This document shows positions 32,776-42,479 of a DNA stretch of 64,000 nt, one piece after another. Numbering within the stretch: the first letter of the stretch is position 1; the number at the start of each line of letters is the position of its first letter. Where the stretch lies: the NCBI GenBank assembly GCA_965218425.1, contig OZ244621.1, positions 2,144,001-2,208,000 on the forward strand. The letters are read 5' to 3'. The position numbers were made by a program, and so were the translations under genes. Source of the DNA: an uncultured Candidatus Binatia bacterium. Lineage in GTDB: Bacteria > Desulfobacterota > Binatia > UBA9968 > CAXXLF01. Under the pieces are notes generated by a model. The model was not told the origin of the DNA. It ran no database searches and saw nothing but the letters and a program-made list of their open reading frames with translations.

Positions 32776-33696
32776 ATGCGAACTCGTAAGCCAGTACCTT
32801 TGAAAACAGGTGATAAAATCGGGGTTTTTGCCCCTTCCGGGGTCGTGAACTCAGGCCAACTCAACGAAGGGGTGAGTGCAATCCAGCGTGAGGGATTTGA
32901 AGTCGTACTTGCAGAGGGCATTTTGGAGCGGAAAGGGTACTTAGCAGGAGAAAAAGAGTTGAGAGCCAAGTCGCTGGAACGACTATTCGAAAGGGACGAT
33001 GTCCGAGCTATATTTTGCGCTCGAGGGGGATTTGGCGCGATCCAGCTGTTGCCGTTGTTGAATCCTGCGATCATTCGCTCGCATCCGAAAATCTTTGTTG
33101 GGTACAGCGATGTAAGCGTGCTATTAAACTGGTTAATCGAAAGTTGTGGTCTGGTAACCTTTCACGGGCCCATGGTAGTTATGGATGTCGCTCATGGTCT
33201 AAAAGGACGGAGTAAAGATCTTTTCTGGGGAACCCTTTGTGGAGGCAGTGATACGTGGTTTGTCAGCGGGGTCCCTATTTGCCCAAGGCGGAAGGATGTC
33301 CAGGCGGAAATGGTTGGGGGGTGTCTCTCGGTGGTGGTGACGACTCTTGGGACTCCCTATGAGATACAGACCAGGGGGAAAATCTTGTTCCTTGAAGATG
33401 TGGGAGAGAAGACTTATCGCATCGAACGGATGCTAACCCACCTTAAAATGGCGGGTAAATTGAGCGATGTTGCAGGGGTCGTGTTGGGAGAGTTTACCGA
33501 TTGTGATTTGGGTGGGGCCAGGGGGCTTACAGAGGTCGTGGAAGATCTCTTTCAGGACGTGAACTATCCTGTCGTATCGGGTATCAATGCGGGTCACGGG
33601 CGAGAAAATTTCCTGCTTCCTTTTGGTGTAAAGATGCTCCTGGATGGTGACACGGGGTCGCTGTCACTGATGGAGTCTCCGACTGTGGAGCCGTAG
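32776..33696 (+). CDS. ldcA: LD-carboxypeptidase (peptidase S66)
   Basis: RGGFGA, GYSDVS nucleophile, FHGPM, LFLEDVGE, GHG. Confidence 0.92.
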   Translation: MRTRKPVPLKTGDKIGVFAPSGVVNSGQLNEGVSAIQREGFEVVLAEGILERKGYLAGEKELRAKSLERLFERDDVRAIFCARGGFGAIQLLPLLNPAIIRSHPKIFVGYSDVSVLLNWLIESCGLVTFHGPMVVMDVAHGLKGRSKDLFWGTLCGGSDTWFVSGVPICPRRKDVQAEMVGGCLSVVVTTLGTPYEIQTRGKILFLEDVGEKTYRIERMLTHLKMAGKLSDVAGVVLGEFTDCDLGGARGLTEVVEDLFQDVNYPVVSGINAGHGRENFLLPFGVKMLLDGDTGSLSLMESPTVEP

Positions 33697-33718
33697 ATGA
33701 TTCGTCCTAGAGAAACCG

Positions 33719-34846
33719 ATGGATTTTAGTGCTGTTGAAGATGCATTCAAGGAGGCCGTTTCCAACGGTGTTTTTCCCGGGGCGGTGGTGTTGGTGGCTA
33801 AAGGTGAGGATGTGGTGCTGGAGCGGGCCTTCGGATTTCGCTCGCTCCTTCCGGAAAAAACTCCCATGGAAACCGACACCATCTTCGACATTGCCTCTTT
33901 AACAAAATGCATCGCCACAACGACCGCAATCATGCTCCTGGTCAAAGAGGGGAAAATCCGCCTTGAAGACAAAATAACTCGTTTTGTCCCAAACTTTGGA
34001 GTCTTCAACAAAAACCACGTGAGCTTTCGTCACCTGTTGGCACATTGCTCCGGGCTCGCGGCCTGGAATCCGTACTACGAGGAGATTGTCAAAGAGGAGA
34101 AGAACGGGGGCTTGAAGTATGTGGCGAGCAGAGCGGCAAAGAGTTTCGTGTTGGAGCGGATCCATCGAGAAAAGCCTCTCGCGCCGGCGGGCACTCGAGT
34201 CCTGTACAGCGATCTTGGATTCATTGTTCTCAGTGAGATTGTCGAACAGATCAGCGATCGATCCCTTGACCGTTTTTGTCGGGAGAGAATCTTTGACCCA
34301 CTAGGGCTCGAATCTACCTTCTTTGTAGATCTCACTCAATTGCGCGCGCGCCGCTTTCAGCCGGATTTGAAAAAGGTAGCCCCAACAGAAAACTGCCCGT
34401 GGCGAAAGAAGATCCTTTGCGGGGAGGTTCACGATGACAATGCTTACGCCATGGGAGGAGTCGCCGGTCATGCGGGGCTGTTTTCCTCTGCACAAGACAT
34501 CCATCGTTATCTCACTCGACTCAAACGTTGTTACGATGGCGAGGATTCCTATTTACCGGCAGATTTGGTCAAAGAGTTTTTGAAGCGGGATGAAGCCGTT
34601 AGCGGATCCACCTATGCCCTGGGTTGGGATACCCCAAGCCAAGCCAATTCCACCAGCGGTAGCCAATTCTCACCCCTTTCCGTAGGACATTTAGGATTTA
34701 CCGGTGTCTCCATTTGGTGGGATCTGGAAAAGAATTGCTCCATTATAATGCTAACCAATCGCATTCATCCCTCGCGGAATAATAATAAGATCCGGGATTT
34801 TCGCCCCCAAGTCCACGACTTTATTATGAATACCCTCTTCCCATGA
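33719..34846 (+). CDS. Serine hydrolase of the beta-lactamase family (AmiE-like)
   Basis: FDIASLTK (SxxK), YSDLGF, GEVHDDNA, GHAGLFS, GHLGFTG. Confidence 0.88.
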   Translation: MDFSAVEDAFKEAVSNGVFPGAVVLVAKGEDVVLERAFGFRSLLPEKTPMETDTIFDIASLTKCIATTTAIMLLVKEGKIRLEDKITRFVPNFGVFNKNHVSFRHLLAHCSGLAAWNPYYEEIVKEEKNGGLKYVASRAAKSFVLERIHREKPLAPAGTRVLYSDLGFIVLSEIVEQISDRSLDRFCRERIFDPLGLESTFFVDLTQLRARRFQPDLKKVAPTENCPWRKKILCGEVHDDNAYAMGGVAGHAGLFSSAQDIHRYLTRLKRCYDGEDSYLPADLVKEFLKRDEAVSGSTYALGWDTPSQANSTSGSQFSPLSVGHLGFTGVSIWWDLEKNCSIIMLTNRIHPSRNNNKIRDFRPQVHDFIMNTLFP

Positions 34847-36276
34847 TTAACCTCCCAGCGCCCGGCGGTCACATTCACCTCATTGCAATTTGCGGGGTGG
34901 GAATGGCTGCACTGGCCGGATTTCTCCAATCCTTCGGATACCGAGTCACCGGGTCGGACGTGGCGGCCTATCCTCCCATGAGTACTTACCTCCAAGGGTT
35001 GGGGATCATGGTTCAGCCGGGGTACCATTCGGAGCACTTGGAGCAATGTCCCGACCTCGTTGTGGTGGGTAATGCCGTTTCACGCGACAACCCCGAGGTT
35101 CAGGTGGTGCTGGAAAAAGGGTTTCCATCCATTTCTTTCCCCCAGGCCTTGAAGATGTTCCTCATCGGTTCGAAGAAGGCCATCGTGGTTGCAGGTACCC
35201 ATGGAAAGACTAGCACCACATCGCTGCTAGCTTGGGTTTTGAGCCAGGCGAAACTGGATCCGAGTTTTTTTATTGGTGGTCTTCCAGTCAACTTTGATTC
35301 CGGATTTCAAATTGGCGGCGGCCCCTGGGCCGTCCTCGAGGGAGATGAGTACGACAGTGCGTATTTTGACAAAGGGCCAAAGTTTCTTCATTACGAACCG
35401 CAGGAGGTCATCCTTACCAGTCTAGAATTTGATCATGCGGATATTTACTCAGACCTCGAACACATGACGGGTGCCTTTCAACAACTAGTGAAAATGATTC
35501 CTTCTTTTGGGACTCTGGTGGTATCCAATCATTACGAGGCGGCAAGACAGGTGGCGCAGGGGGCCTCCTGCCGGGTGATCTATTATGGAGAAGGGAGCCC
35601 GGCAGGGTGGGTAGCGAAGGATGTCCGCGTGGAGGAAGGGCGAGTCCGTTTTGAGCCCTCGTATGAGAAATCTTGTGAAGGAACGGTTACATTTTCCCAG
35701 TTTGGGAAACACAACGTGGATAACGCCCTGGGTGTTTACGTCATGGCGAGGGAGTTGGGAATAAAGCCAAACATCATTCGAAAGGCCATGACTACTTTCT
35801 CCGGTGTCAGGAGACGTCAGGAACTCAAAGGCGAAGTGGGAGGCGTTGCTTTGATTGATGACTTTGCTCATCACCCCACTGCGGTGAGGGAGACCATTGC
35901 AGGCGTCAGGATGAACTACCCCGGGCGCAGGCTTTGGGCCATCTTTGAACCCAGGAGTCATACCAGCAGGAGGCGAATCTTTGAAGGCGAATTCGCGCAG
36001 GCCTTGGCTAAGGCGGATCGAGTTATTGTAGCCGGCCTCTATCAACCTGAGAAGATCCCTGAGAAGGAACGTTTATCCCCTGGGGCCGTGGTGAATGAGA
36101 TCGGTCGGCTCTGTGGAGACAGTCGGGCCGTCACCATTGAGAAAGCCGACGAAATCGCTGCCCATGTGGTGGAGCAATCCAAGTCGGGTGACATTATCCT
36201 GGTCATGTCCAATGGCGGATTCGATAAGGTGCAAGACAAGATCTTGAGCTTATTAAAGGAACGGCGCCTCACTTGA
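34843..36276 (+). CDS. mpl: Murein peptide ligase Mpl
   Basis: HLIAICGVGM, AGTHGKTST, EGDEYDSAYFDK, EFDHADIY, DDFAHHPTA, MSNGGF. Confidence 0.93.
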   Translation: MINLPAPGGHIHLIAICGVGMAALAGFLQSFGYRVTGSDVAAYPPMSTYLQGLGIMVQPGYHSEHLEQCPDLVVVGNAVSRDNPEVQVVLEKGFPSISFPQALKMFLIGSKKAIVVAGTHGKTSTTSLLAWVLSQAKLDPSFFIGGLPVNFDSGFQIGGGPWAVLEGDEYDSAYFDKGPKFLHYEPQEVILTSLEFDHADIYSDLEHMTGAFQQLVKMIPSFGTLVVSNHYEAARQVAQGASCRVIYYGEGSPAGWVAKDVRVEEGRVRFEPSYEKSCEGTVTFSQFGKHNVDNALGVYVMARELGIKPNIIRKAMTTFSGVRRRQELKGEVGGVALIDDFAHHPTAVRETIAGVRMNYPGRRLWAIFEPRSHTSRRRIFEGEFAQALAKADRVIVAGLYQPEKIPEKERLSPGAVVNEIGRLCGDSRAVTIEKADEIAAHVVEQSKSGDIILVMSNGGFDKVQDKILSLLKERRLT

Positions 36277-36925
36277 GTGGTCTCGGAGGATTCGCTCCCC
36301 AAGGACGAGCCGGGCTCGGTGGCATGCCCCTCAGCGGGAGCCGACAGGTTTATACCTCGAGGCCACGTCATTTTGTCCGTCACGCCAATGTGCTTCGAAC
36401 CTTCAGTATCGGACGTCTCCCTTTCTTCGTGCCGGCCCCCTTCGCCCGATGGCAATCAGCGACGAGGGGAGCGAGACGTAAGGCCGTGGGCATCGAACGT
36501 GAAGCTTCAGATATTCACCGGCCTGTTGCCCGCGGCCTGAAGACTCGCTTTCCGAGGAGAGCTTTAGCGTTCTCGCCATGACTCTTGAGAAGGCGAGGTG
36601 AATCATGTCAAATGTCAAGGTCTGACCCCATAACTTTTGGGGAGGGTCCGTGAGAGGGAAGAAACAGGCCGCCGAGCCGAAACCCGTGGACAGTCGCCCC
36701 GGGGACGCCGGGGAGCGCAACTTTCCAAAACCGCGAATTTCCGGGCCGGGGGCCAGCCACTTAGCGCAAGGCGATGGGCTCGTGCTGTTCTATTTGAGGA
36801 ATGGATCGGACCGGCTCCTTTCGTCAGTGGCTTTGAATCCGAAATTATCTTAAGAGTATGAGTCACAATTGACACCCCAATTTTATCTTGCTAACCAGAG
36901 AAGTGATTTTTAAGGGGAAAAGATA

Positions 36926-37963
36926 TTGAAGGCCGTTTGCATTCATGAGCATGGAGGATTGGACAAGCTTCGTTACGAAGAAACGGCTGATCCAAAGTTG
37001 AGTTCCTCTCACGACGTGGTGGTCCGGCTCAAGGCGGCAGCCCTAAACCGTATCGACATTTTTAACCGCGAGGGATTGACCGGAATGGAGGTTTCTCTTC
37101 CGCATATATTGGGGGCGGATGGTGCCGGTGTCGTGGTGGAAGCGGGAGACGGGGTGACCAATGTCAAAAAAGGGGATCCGGTCTGCCTTTACCCGCCCAG
37201 CGGTTGCGGCCAATGTGAGTTTTGCCGAACGGATAGGGATTTCATGTGCGTTCACGTTCGAGTGATTGGTGAAAGGATCAAGGGTACCTATGCGGAGCAC
37301 ATTGCCCTCCCAGCCGAAAACTGTTTCCCGATTCCATCGAATTTTACCTTTGAGGAGGCCGCAGCTTTTCCTCTTGTTTTTATAACCGTATGGAGAATGC
37401 TGGTTACCAACGCCGAGCTCAAGCCGGGGGAGCATGTGCTGATCCTGGGCGTTGGTGGGGGAGTGGCCTCAGCGGCCCTTCAACTGGCCAAGGAGATGAG
37501 TGCCCATGTCATCGTGACCTCCAGCAGCGATGCAAAGCTGGAGATGGCAAAAAATCACGGTGCGGATCACGGAATCAACTATTCAAAGTCTGATTTCGTC
37601 AAAGAGGTCAGGGCATTAACAGGCAAACGTGGTGTCGACGTGGTGGTGGACTGTGTGGGAGGGGAGAGTTGGGCAAAGAGTCTGGCAGCCCTGGCCAAGG
37701 GAGGACGGTTGGTGACCTGCGGCGCCACAGCCGGGGCCTTTCCCCAGACCAATATCCGACGAATCTTTTGGAATCATCTCAGCATCTTTGGTTCGACCCT
37801 GGGTAGCCGGCAAGAATTTCAACAACTGCTCAGCTTTTGTAGCGCCTCGGGGGTCAGACCGATCATCGATCAGGTGTTTCCTTTGAAGGAGGCCGTCGTA
37901 GCCCAGCAACGACTCGAAGAGGGAAAACAGTTTGGCAAGATTGTCTTGCAGTGCGCCAATTGA
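36926..37963 (+). CDS. Zinc-binding MDR-family dehydrogenase
   Basis: PHILGADGAG, CGQCEFC..C, GVGGGVA, LVTCGATAG; TTGACA at 36869 upstream. Confidence 0.9.
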   Translation: MKAVCIHEHGGLDKLRYEETADPKLSSSHDVVVRLKAAALNRIDIFNREGLTGMEVSLPHILGADGAGVVVEAGDGVTNVKKGDPVCLYPPSGCGQCEFCRTDRDFMCVHVRVIGERIKGTYAEHIALPAENCFPIPSNFTFEEAAAFPLVFITVWRMLVTNAELKPGEHVLILGVGGGVASAALQLAKEMSAHVIVTSSSDAKLEMAKNHGADHGINYSKSDFVKEVRALTGKRGVDVVVDCVGGESWAKSLAALAKGGRLVTCGATAGAFPQTNIRRIFWNHLSIFGSTLGSRQEFQQLLSFCSASGVRPIIDQVFPLKEAVVAQQRLEEGKQFGKIVLQCAN

Positions 37964-38034
37964 CCCCGTGGGTTAGTGCCATGAGTCAATTTATAAAGTC
38001 TCAATGGGAGGGCTAGCCACGAGTTGATTTGGAA

Positions 38035-38598
38035 ATGCGAGTTATCGGAGGAACAGCAAAGGGGCGTCGCGTAAAGTCTTTTAAAGGTCAGTCCCTTCGG
38101 CCCACGGCCGATCGGGTGAAAGAGGCGCTCTTCAATATACTTCCTCACGATCTCTCGGGATGGAAGGTCCTGGATCTATTTGCGGGCACAGGGAACCTCA
38201 CCTTTGAGGCCCTGAGCCGTGGCGCAGAGCGGGCCTGTCTTGTGGATGTGTCGCGGGAAGCGAGCAAGATGATCCGTAAAAATGTCGAGGCCCTGGGATT
38301 CTCCCGGTGCGCTAAAGTTATGGGAATGCCCGCACTCAGGGCCATTCATGTGTTGGCTGGAAGGGGAGACAAGTTTGACTTGGTCCTAGTGGATCCCCCT
38401 TACCACAAAGGCTGGGTGGAGCGAGTCCTTAGGTCCCTGTCGCAGGAGGATCTCCTGGAAGATGATGGCATCCTGGTTATGGAGCATAGCGCACGAGAAG
38501 AGGTGAAAGAGAGTTATGGATCCTTGATCCTTCAGGATCAACGTCGCTATGGAGGAAGCCGCCTCTCTTTTTTTGGACATGGTCCACAAGATCTCTAG
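38035..38598 (+). CDS. rsmD: 16S rRNA m2G966 methyltransferase
   Basis: MRVIGG, LRPTADRVKEALFN, LDLFAGTG, DPPY. Confidence 0.95.
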   Translation: MRVIGGTAKGRRVKSFKGQSLRPTADRVKEALFNILPHDLSGWKVLDLFAGTGNLTFEALSRGAERACLVDVSREASKMIRKNVEALGFSRCAKVMGMPALRAIHVLAGRGDKFDLVLVDPPYHKGWVERVLRSLSQEDLLEDDGILVMEHSAREEVKESYGSLILQDQRRYGGSRLSFFGHGPQDL

Positions 38599-38614
38599 TG
38601 AGTATGAGGAGAAC

Positions 38615-39112
38615 ATGGCTCGAACTAGCATCGCGGTTTATCCTGGTTCATTCGATCCCATTACTAACGGTCACATTGACCTTGTGGAGCGCGCTCTTCG
38701 GATATTCGACCGGGTGATCATTGCCATCGCCACAAACCCGGACAAGGACAATTCCCTGTTTAGCGTAAAGGAGCGGTTGGAGATGATCCAGGAGGTGTTT
38801 AAAAGCGTCGAGAATCGCGTCACCGTAGACAGCTTCAATGACCTACTAGTGAACTATGCTCAGAAGGTTGAGGCCAAGGTCATTATCCGAGGGTTACGGG
38901 CGGTGTCGGACTTTGAATACGAATTTCAGATGGCGATGATGAACCGAGGTCTAAAGCGTGATCTTGAGACCTTTTTTATGATGACCGGAGAATCCTATTT
39001 CTACCTCAGCTCGCGTCTCGTGAAGGAGGTTGCCGGCCTCGGTGGAGATGTATCCGGCTTTGTTCCCAAAAGCGTGCTCACAAGACTCAAGCGAAAGGTT
39101 GTCCGTGGATGA
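38615..39112 (+). CDS. coaD: Pantetheine-phosphate adenylyltransferase
   Basis: YPGSFDPITNGH, RGLRAVSDFEYE, SSRLVKE. Confidence 0.98.
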   Translation: MARTSIAVYPGSFDPITNGHIDLVERALRIFDRVIIAIATNPDKDNSLFSVKERLEMIQEVFKSVENRVTVDSFNDLLVNYAQKVEAKVIIRGLRAVSDFEYEFQMAMMNRGLKRDLETFFMMTGESYFYLSSRLVKEVAGLGGDVSGFVPKSVLTRLKRKVVRG

Positions 39113-40305
39113 TGAAACTCAGTAAGAGGACGGACGGAATTAAACCGTCCATTACCCTGGCCCTGGCGGCTAAGGCGGCTGCCATGAGGGCCCAAGGAAT
39201 AAGCGTTATTAATTTTGCCGCAGGTGAACCTGACTTTGATACCCCAGACAGAATCAAGGAAGCGGCTGTCAAGGCCCTGAGCAAGGGTATGACCAAGTAC
39301 ACCGAGGTGAGAGGCATCCAGCTCTTGCGCGAGGTCATTGCCGAAAAATACCAGCGAGAGGAAGGGCTGAAATACGATAAGGACGAGGTCTTGGTCAGCT
39401 GTGGCGGCAAACATTCCCTCTACAATGTTTTCCAAGCCATTTTCAACGAAGGAGACGAAGTTATAATTCCCGCGCCCTACTGGGTGAGCTATCGGGATAT
39501 GGCACTGTTGGCTGGTGCGGTGCCGCGGATTGTGGATACCAAAAGAGAGAACGGCTATCGCATCACTCCTAACGAGTTGAAGGGGGCATTGGGCCCGCGT
39601 GTCCGTGCCTTTATACTCAACAGCCCCAATAACCCCACTGGCGCCGCCTATTCCCGACATGAACTGGAGGCGCTGGCTCAGATATTGGAGTCACATGAGT
39701 GTTTCATCATTTCGGATGATGTCTATGACAAGATCGTTTACGATGATTTTCGTTTCCAAAACATCGTTAGCATCAATTCTAAGTTGCGAGAGCGAACCGT
39801 GGTCATTAATTCCCTGTCCAAAACCTACGCCATGACCGGATGGAGGGTTGGCTATGCTCTGGGGCCTGTTCCACTGATCTCCACTGCAACGAAGATCCAA
39901 AGCCAAAGCACTTCCAATCCCACTTCTTTTGCCCAGGTTGCTGCGGTGGAGGCGCTGCAGGGACCACAGGATGAGGTGAGAGAGATGGTTCGTGAGTTCC
40001 AGAAAAAGAGAAACAGGATCGTTGAGGGTCTCAACGCCATGGATGGCGTGGAGTGTCTCAATCCTGAAGGAGCCTTTTATGTCTTTCCTCGTATTGGTTC
40101 CCTTTTTGGGAGAAAGGGAAAGAACGCCAAGATCGAATCTGCTTCTAACCTGACCGACTTCCTTCTTGCGGAGGCTCAGGTGGTGGCGGTCCCGGGTGAG
40201 GATTTCGGTTCCGCTGATCATGTTCGGTTTAGCTACGCCACTTCTTATGAAGACATCGAAAAAGGCTGTGACCGCATGGCGGCCGCGCTCAAAAAACTAA
40301 GTTAA
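39109..40305 (+). CDS. aspC: PLP-dependent class I aminotransferase (aspartate aminotransferase-like)
   Basis: GEPDFDTP, NSPNNPTG, SLSKTYAMTGWRVG. Confidence 0.88.
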   Translation: MMKLSKRTDGIKPSITLALAAKAAAMRAQGISVINFAAGEPDFDTPDRIKEAAVKALSKGMTKYTEVRGIQLLREVIAEKYQREEGLKYDKDEVLVSCGGKHSLYNVFQAIFNEGDEVIIPAPYWVSYRDMALLAGAVPRIVDTKRENGYRITPNELKGALGPRVRAFILNSPNNPTGAAYSRHELEALAQILESHECFIISDDVYDKIVYDDFRFQNIVSINSKLRERTVVINSLSKTYAMTGWRVGYALGPVPLISTATKIQSQSTSNPTSFAQVAAVEALQGPQDEVREMVREFQKKRNRIVEGLNAMDGVECLNPEGAFYVFPRIGSLFGRKGKNAKIESASNLTDFLLAEAQVVAVPGEDFGSADHVRFSYATSYEDIEKGCDRMAAALKKLS

Positions 40306-40646
40306 AGAATTGCATCCTGCGTCGCCGGCCATTAGGCATACATCGCCCTCCTCGGGCGGCGAGCCCCTTATCCCTCTCTCATTATGGCACTGCTTGGGCT
40401 TCGGCGGCTTGCTTCGCTCCACGGGACTCCCCGAGTGACCCACCGGGCCTGCGCTCGCGCGAACCTTCCGGATCTCGGATTAGCCGTGGGCGGACTCCGG
40501 CTTTCGTGCAGCGCCGACCTCGGTGGGTTGCCCGCTGCTCCGTCCATGTTGCGCTCCGAAAGCCCCCTCAGGGCAGCCCAGGGGGCTAAGAAGTGCTCAG
40601 AGATGGTTGATTCGTGTTCAGCGAGGATGGCGAAAGCGAACGAGAT

Positions 40647-40946
40647 CTATCCAATTCCTAGTTTCTCCTTTGCCTCATCGCTGATCCTGCTTGGATCCCA
40701 GGGTGGGTCCCACACGAGATCAACGCTGGCCTCTGTCACGCCGGGGATTTCCATAATTTTCTGTTGCGCGTCGGAGGCGATCATGGCTCCCATGCCACAA
40801 CCCGGCGCAGTGAGGGTCATTTTAACGTTGACCTTGTCCTCATTGATTTCCACGTCGTAAATGAGACCTAGATCGACGATATTGACGGGAATCTCCGGGT
40901 CGTAGCAAGTCTGCAGTGCTTCGTAAACTTGATCTTTAGTTGCCAT
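40647..40946 (-). CDS. DUF59/SufT-like Fe-S assembly protein
   Basis: [30 protein letters not shown]. Confidence 0.9.
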   Translation of the reverse strand: MATKDQVYEALQTCYDPEIPVNIVDLGLIYDVEINEDKVNVKMTLTAPGCGMGAMIASDAQQKIMEIPGVTEASVDLVWDPPWDPSRISDEAKEKLGIG

Positions 40947-40966
40947 AGACAGGTTCCTTTCTTCTC

Positions 40967-41290
40967 CTATGTTTCGGCGTGAGTATTGGTACATTGGCTG
41001 CAGGGGCAGAGGGAGCGCAAATAATCAAAGGTGTAGATCCCCGTGCTGTGCCCGTCTTCCCAACGAAATTCAACGGCGTAGTTTCCCACGGCTCGGATCT
41101 CGCCGAGCTTTGCATCGGGGACGGTTATAAACTTTTTTGTGGTGGAGTCGTGTCCCTGGCAAAGGGCGCATGGGCAGTACCCGCGCAGGTAAGTTTGAGG
41201 GTACTCTCCGAGATGCCCGTCATTCCAAGTGATACGGACTTTTTCTTGCGCCCTCATATGGTTGATCTCGACTGGTACGGGTGGGACCAT
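40967..41290 (-). CDS. DUF971-domain protein
   Basis: [34 protein letters not shown]. Confidence 0.9.
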   Translation of the reverse strand: MVPPVPVEINHMRAQEKVRITWNDGHLGEYPQTYLRGYCPCALCQGHDSTTKKFITVPDAKLGEIRAVGNYAVEFRWEDGHSTGIYTFDYLRSLCPCSQCTNTHAET

Positions 41291-41298
41291 GGATGACC

Positions 41299-42396
41299 TC
41301 AGGTGGAAACGATCCTGATGGACTCAGAACCATCGTTGGCCTCTGAGGCCATGGATAGTTGGCCAGCAAGCTTAGCAGCGATATCCAGGAAGACCTTGCT
41401 GATCTCAGATCCGGGTTCCCTGATCAAGATGGGTGTCCCCTTATCTCCCCATTCCCTGATGGATGGCGTGATGGGGACTCCTCCCAAAAAGGGTATTTTA
41501 TACTGCTCCGCAGCCCGTTCCGCCCCGCCGGTGGAGAATATGTCGTGTCTCTTGTTACATCCGTCACATATGAAATAGCTCATGTTTTCTACGACACCAA
41601 CAATGGGAATTCTCACCTTATCGAACATGGATTTCGCTCGAATGACATCCGCAAGGGCAACGTTCTGCGGTGTGGAGACCAGCACCGAACCGCTGACCTT
41701 GAGTTGCTGCGAGAACGTGATCTGCACGTCCCCCGTGCCCGGGGGCATATCCACAATCAGGTAGTCCAGGTCTCCCCAATGCACATCCCCCATCAACTGG
41801 TGCAGGGCCTTCCCCAACATTGGTCCGCGCCAGATTACGGCCTGGTCCGGTTCGAGAAAAAAGCCGATGGACATGACGGGTAAACCATGGGCAACCGGCG
41901 GGCCGAGTTTGTGTCCTCCATCCACTGCAACTTTTTTTGGGTCTTCCTTAATGCCCATTAGGATTGGGATGGAAGGTCCGTAGATATCCGCGTCCAGGAG
42001 ACCTGCGGCGGCACCGTGCATTTTGAGGGCCACGGCAAGGTTGGCCGCAACTGTCGACTTGCCCACTCCACCTTTTCCCGAGGCCACCAGGACGACGTTC
42101 TTAACAGTGGGCAACAGATCGGTTTGGCCAGCCCCAACTTTGCTTCCTCGAACCTGGGCTCCAAAGGATATTTCGAGACTATTCACTCCTATGGGTGCCA
42201 GGGCCTTTTTGCAGTCCTGTTCAATTCTGTCCTTGAGGGGACAGGCAGGCGTTGTGAGCTCCACGGTGAACGCGACCTTTCCATCGTTCACCGTCAGGTT
42301 TTTCACCATTCCCAAGCTAACAATATCTCTATGTATTTCCGGGTCCTGAACCTTCTTGAGGGCGTCCAGCACCGCCTCATTTGTCACTGCTGTCAT
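41299..42396 (-). CDS. mrp: Mrp/NBP35 Fe-S carrier ATPase with N-terminal DUF59
   Basis: DPEIHRDIVSLG, SGKGGVGKST, DADIYGPS, WRGPM, DMPPGTGD, ENMS..CDGC. Confidence 0.95.
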   Translation of the reverse strand: MTAVTNEAVLDALKKVQDPEIHRDIVSLGMVKNLTVNDGKVAFTVELTTPACPLKDRIEQDCKKALAPIGVNSLEISFGAQVRGSKVGAGQTDLLPTVKNVVLVASGKGGVGKSTVAANLAVALKMHGAAAGLLDADIYGPSIPILMGIKEDPKKVAVDGGHKLGPPVAHGLPVMSIGFFLEPDQAVIWRGPMLGKALHQLMGDVHWGDLDYLIVDMPPGTGDVQITFSQQLKVSGSVLVSTPQNVALADVIRAKSMFDKVRIPIVGVVENMSYFICDGCNKRHDIFSTGGAERAAEQYKIPFLGGVPITPSIREWGDKGTPILIREPGSEISKVFLDIAAKLAGQLSMASEANDGSESIRIVST

Positions 42397-42479
42397 CTTT
42401 CTTTCCTTCCAGCCAAGCTTACCAAAGAAACCCCACACTGGGCCAATATAGACTCATAAGGTCTAAATAGTCAAGCCGG

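Noticed and set aside
40440..40500. SRP RNA (minus-strand atccggaagg)
   Set aside because: Lacks the flanking CAGG/AGCAG helix-8 motif
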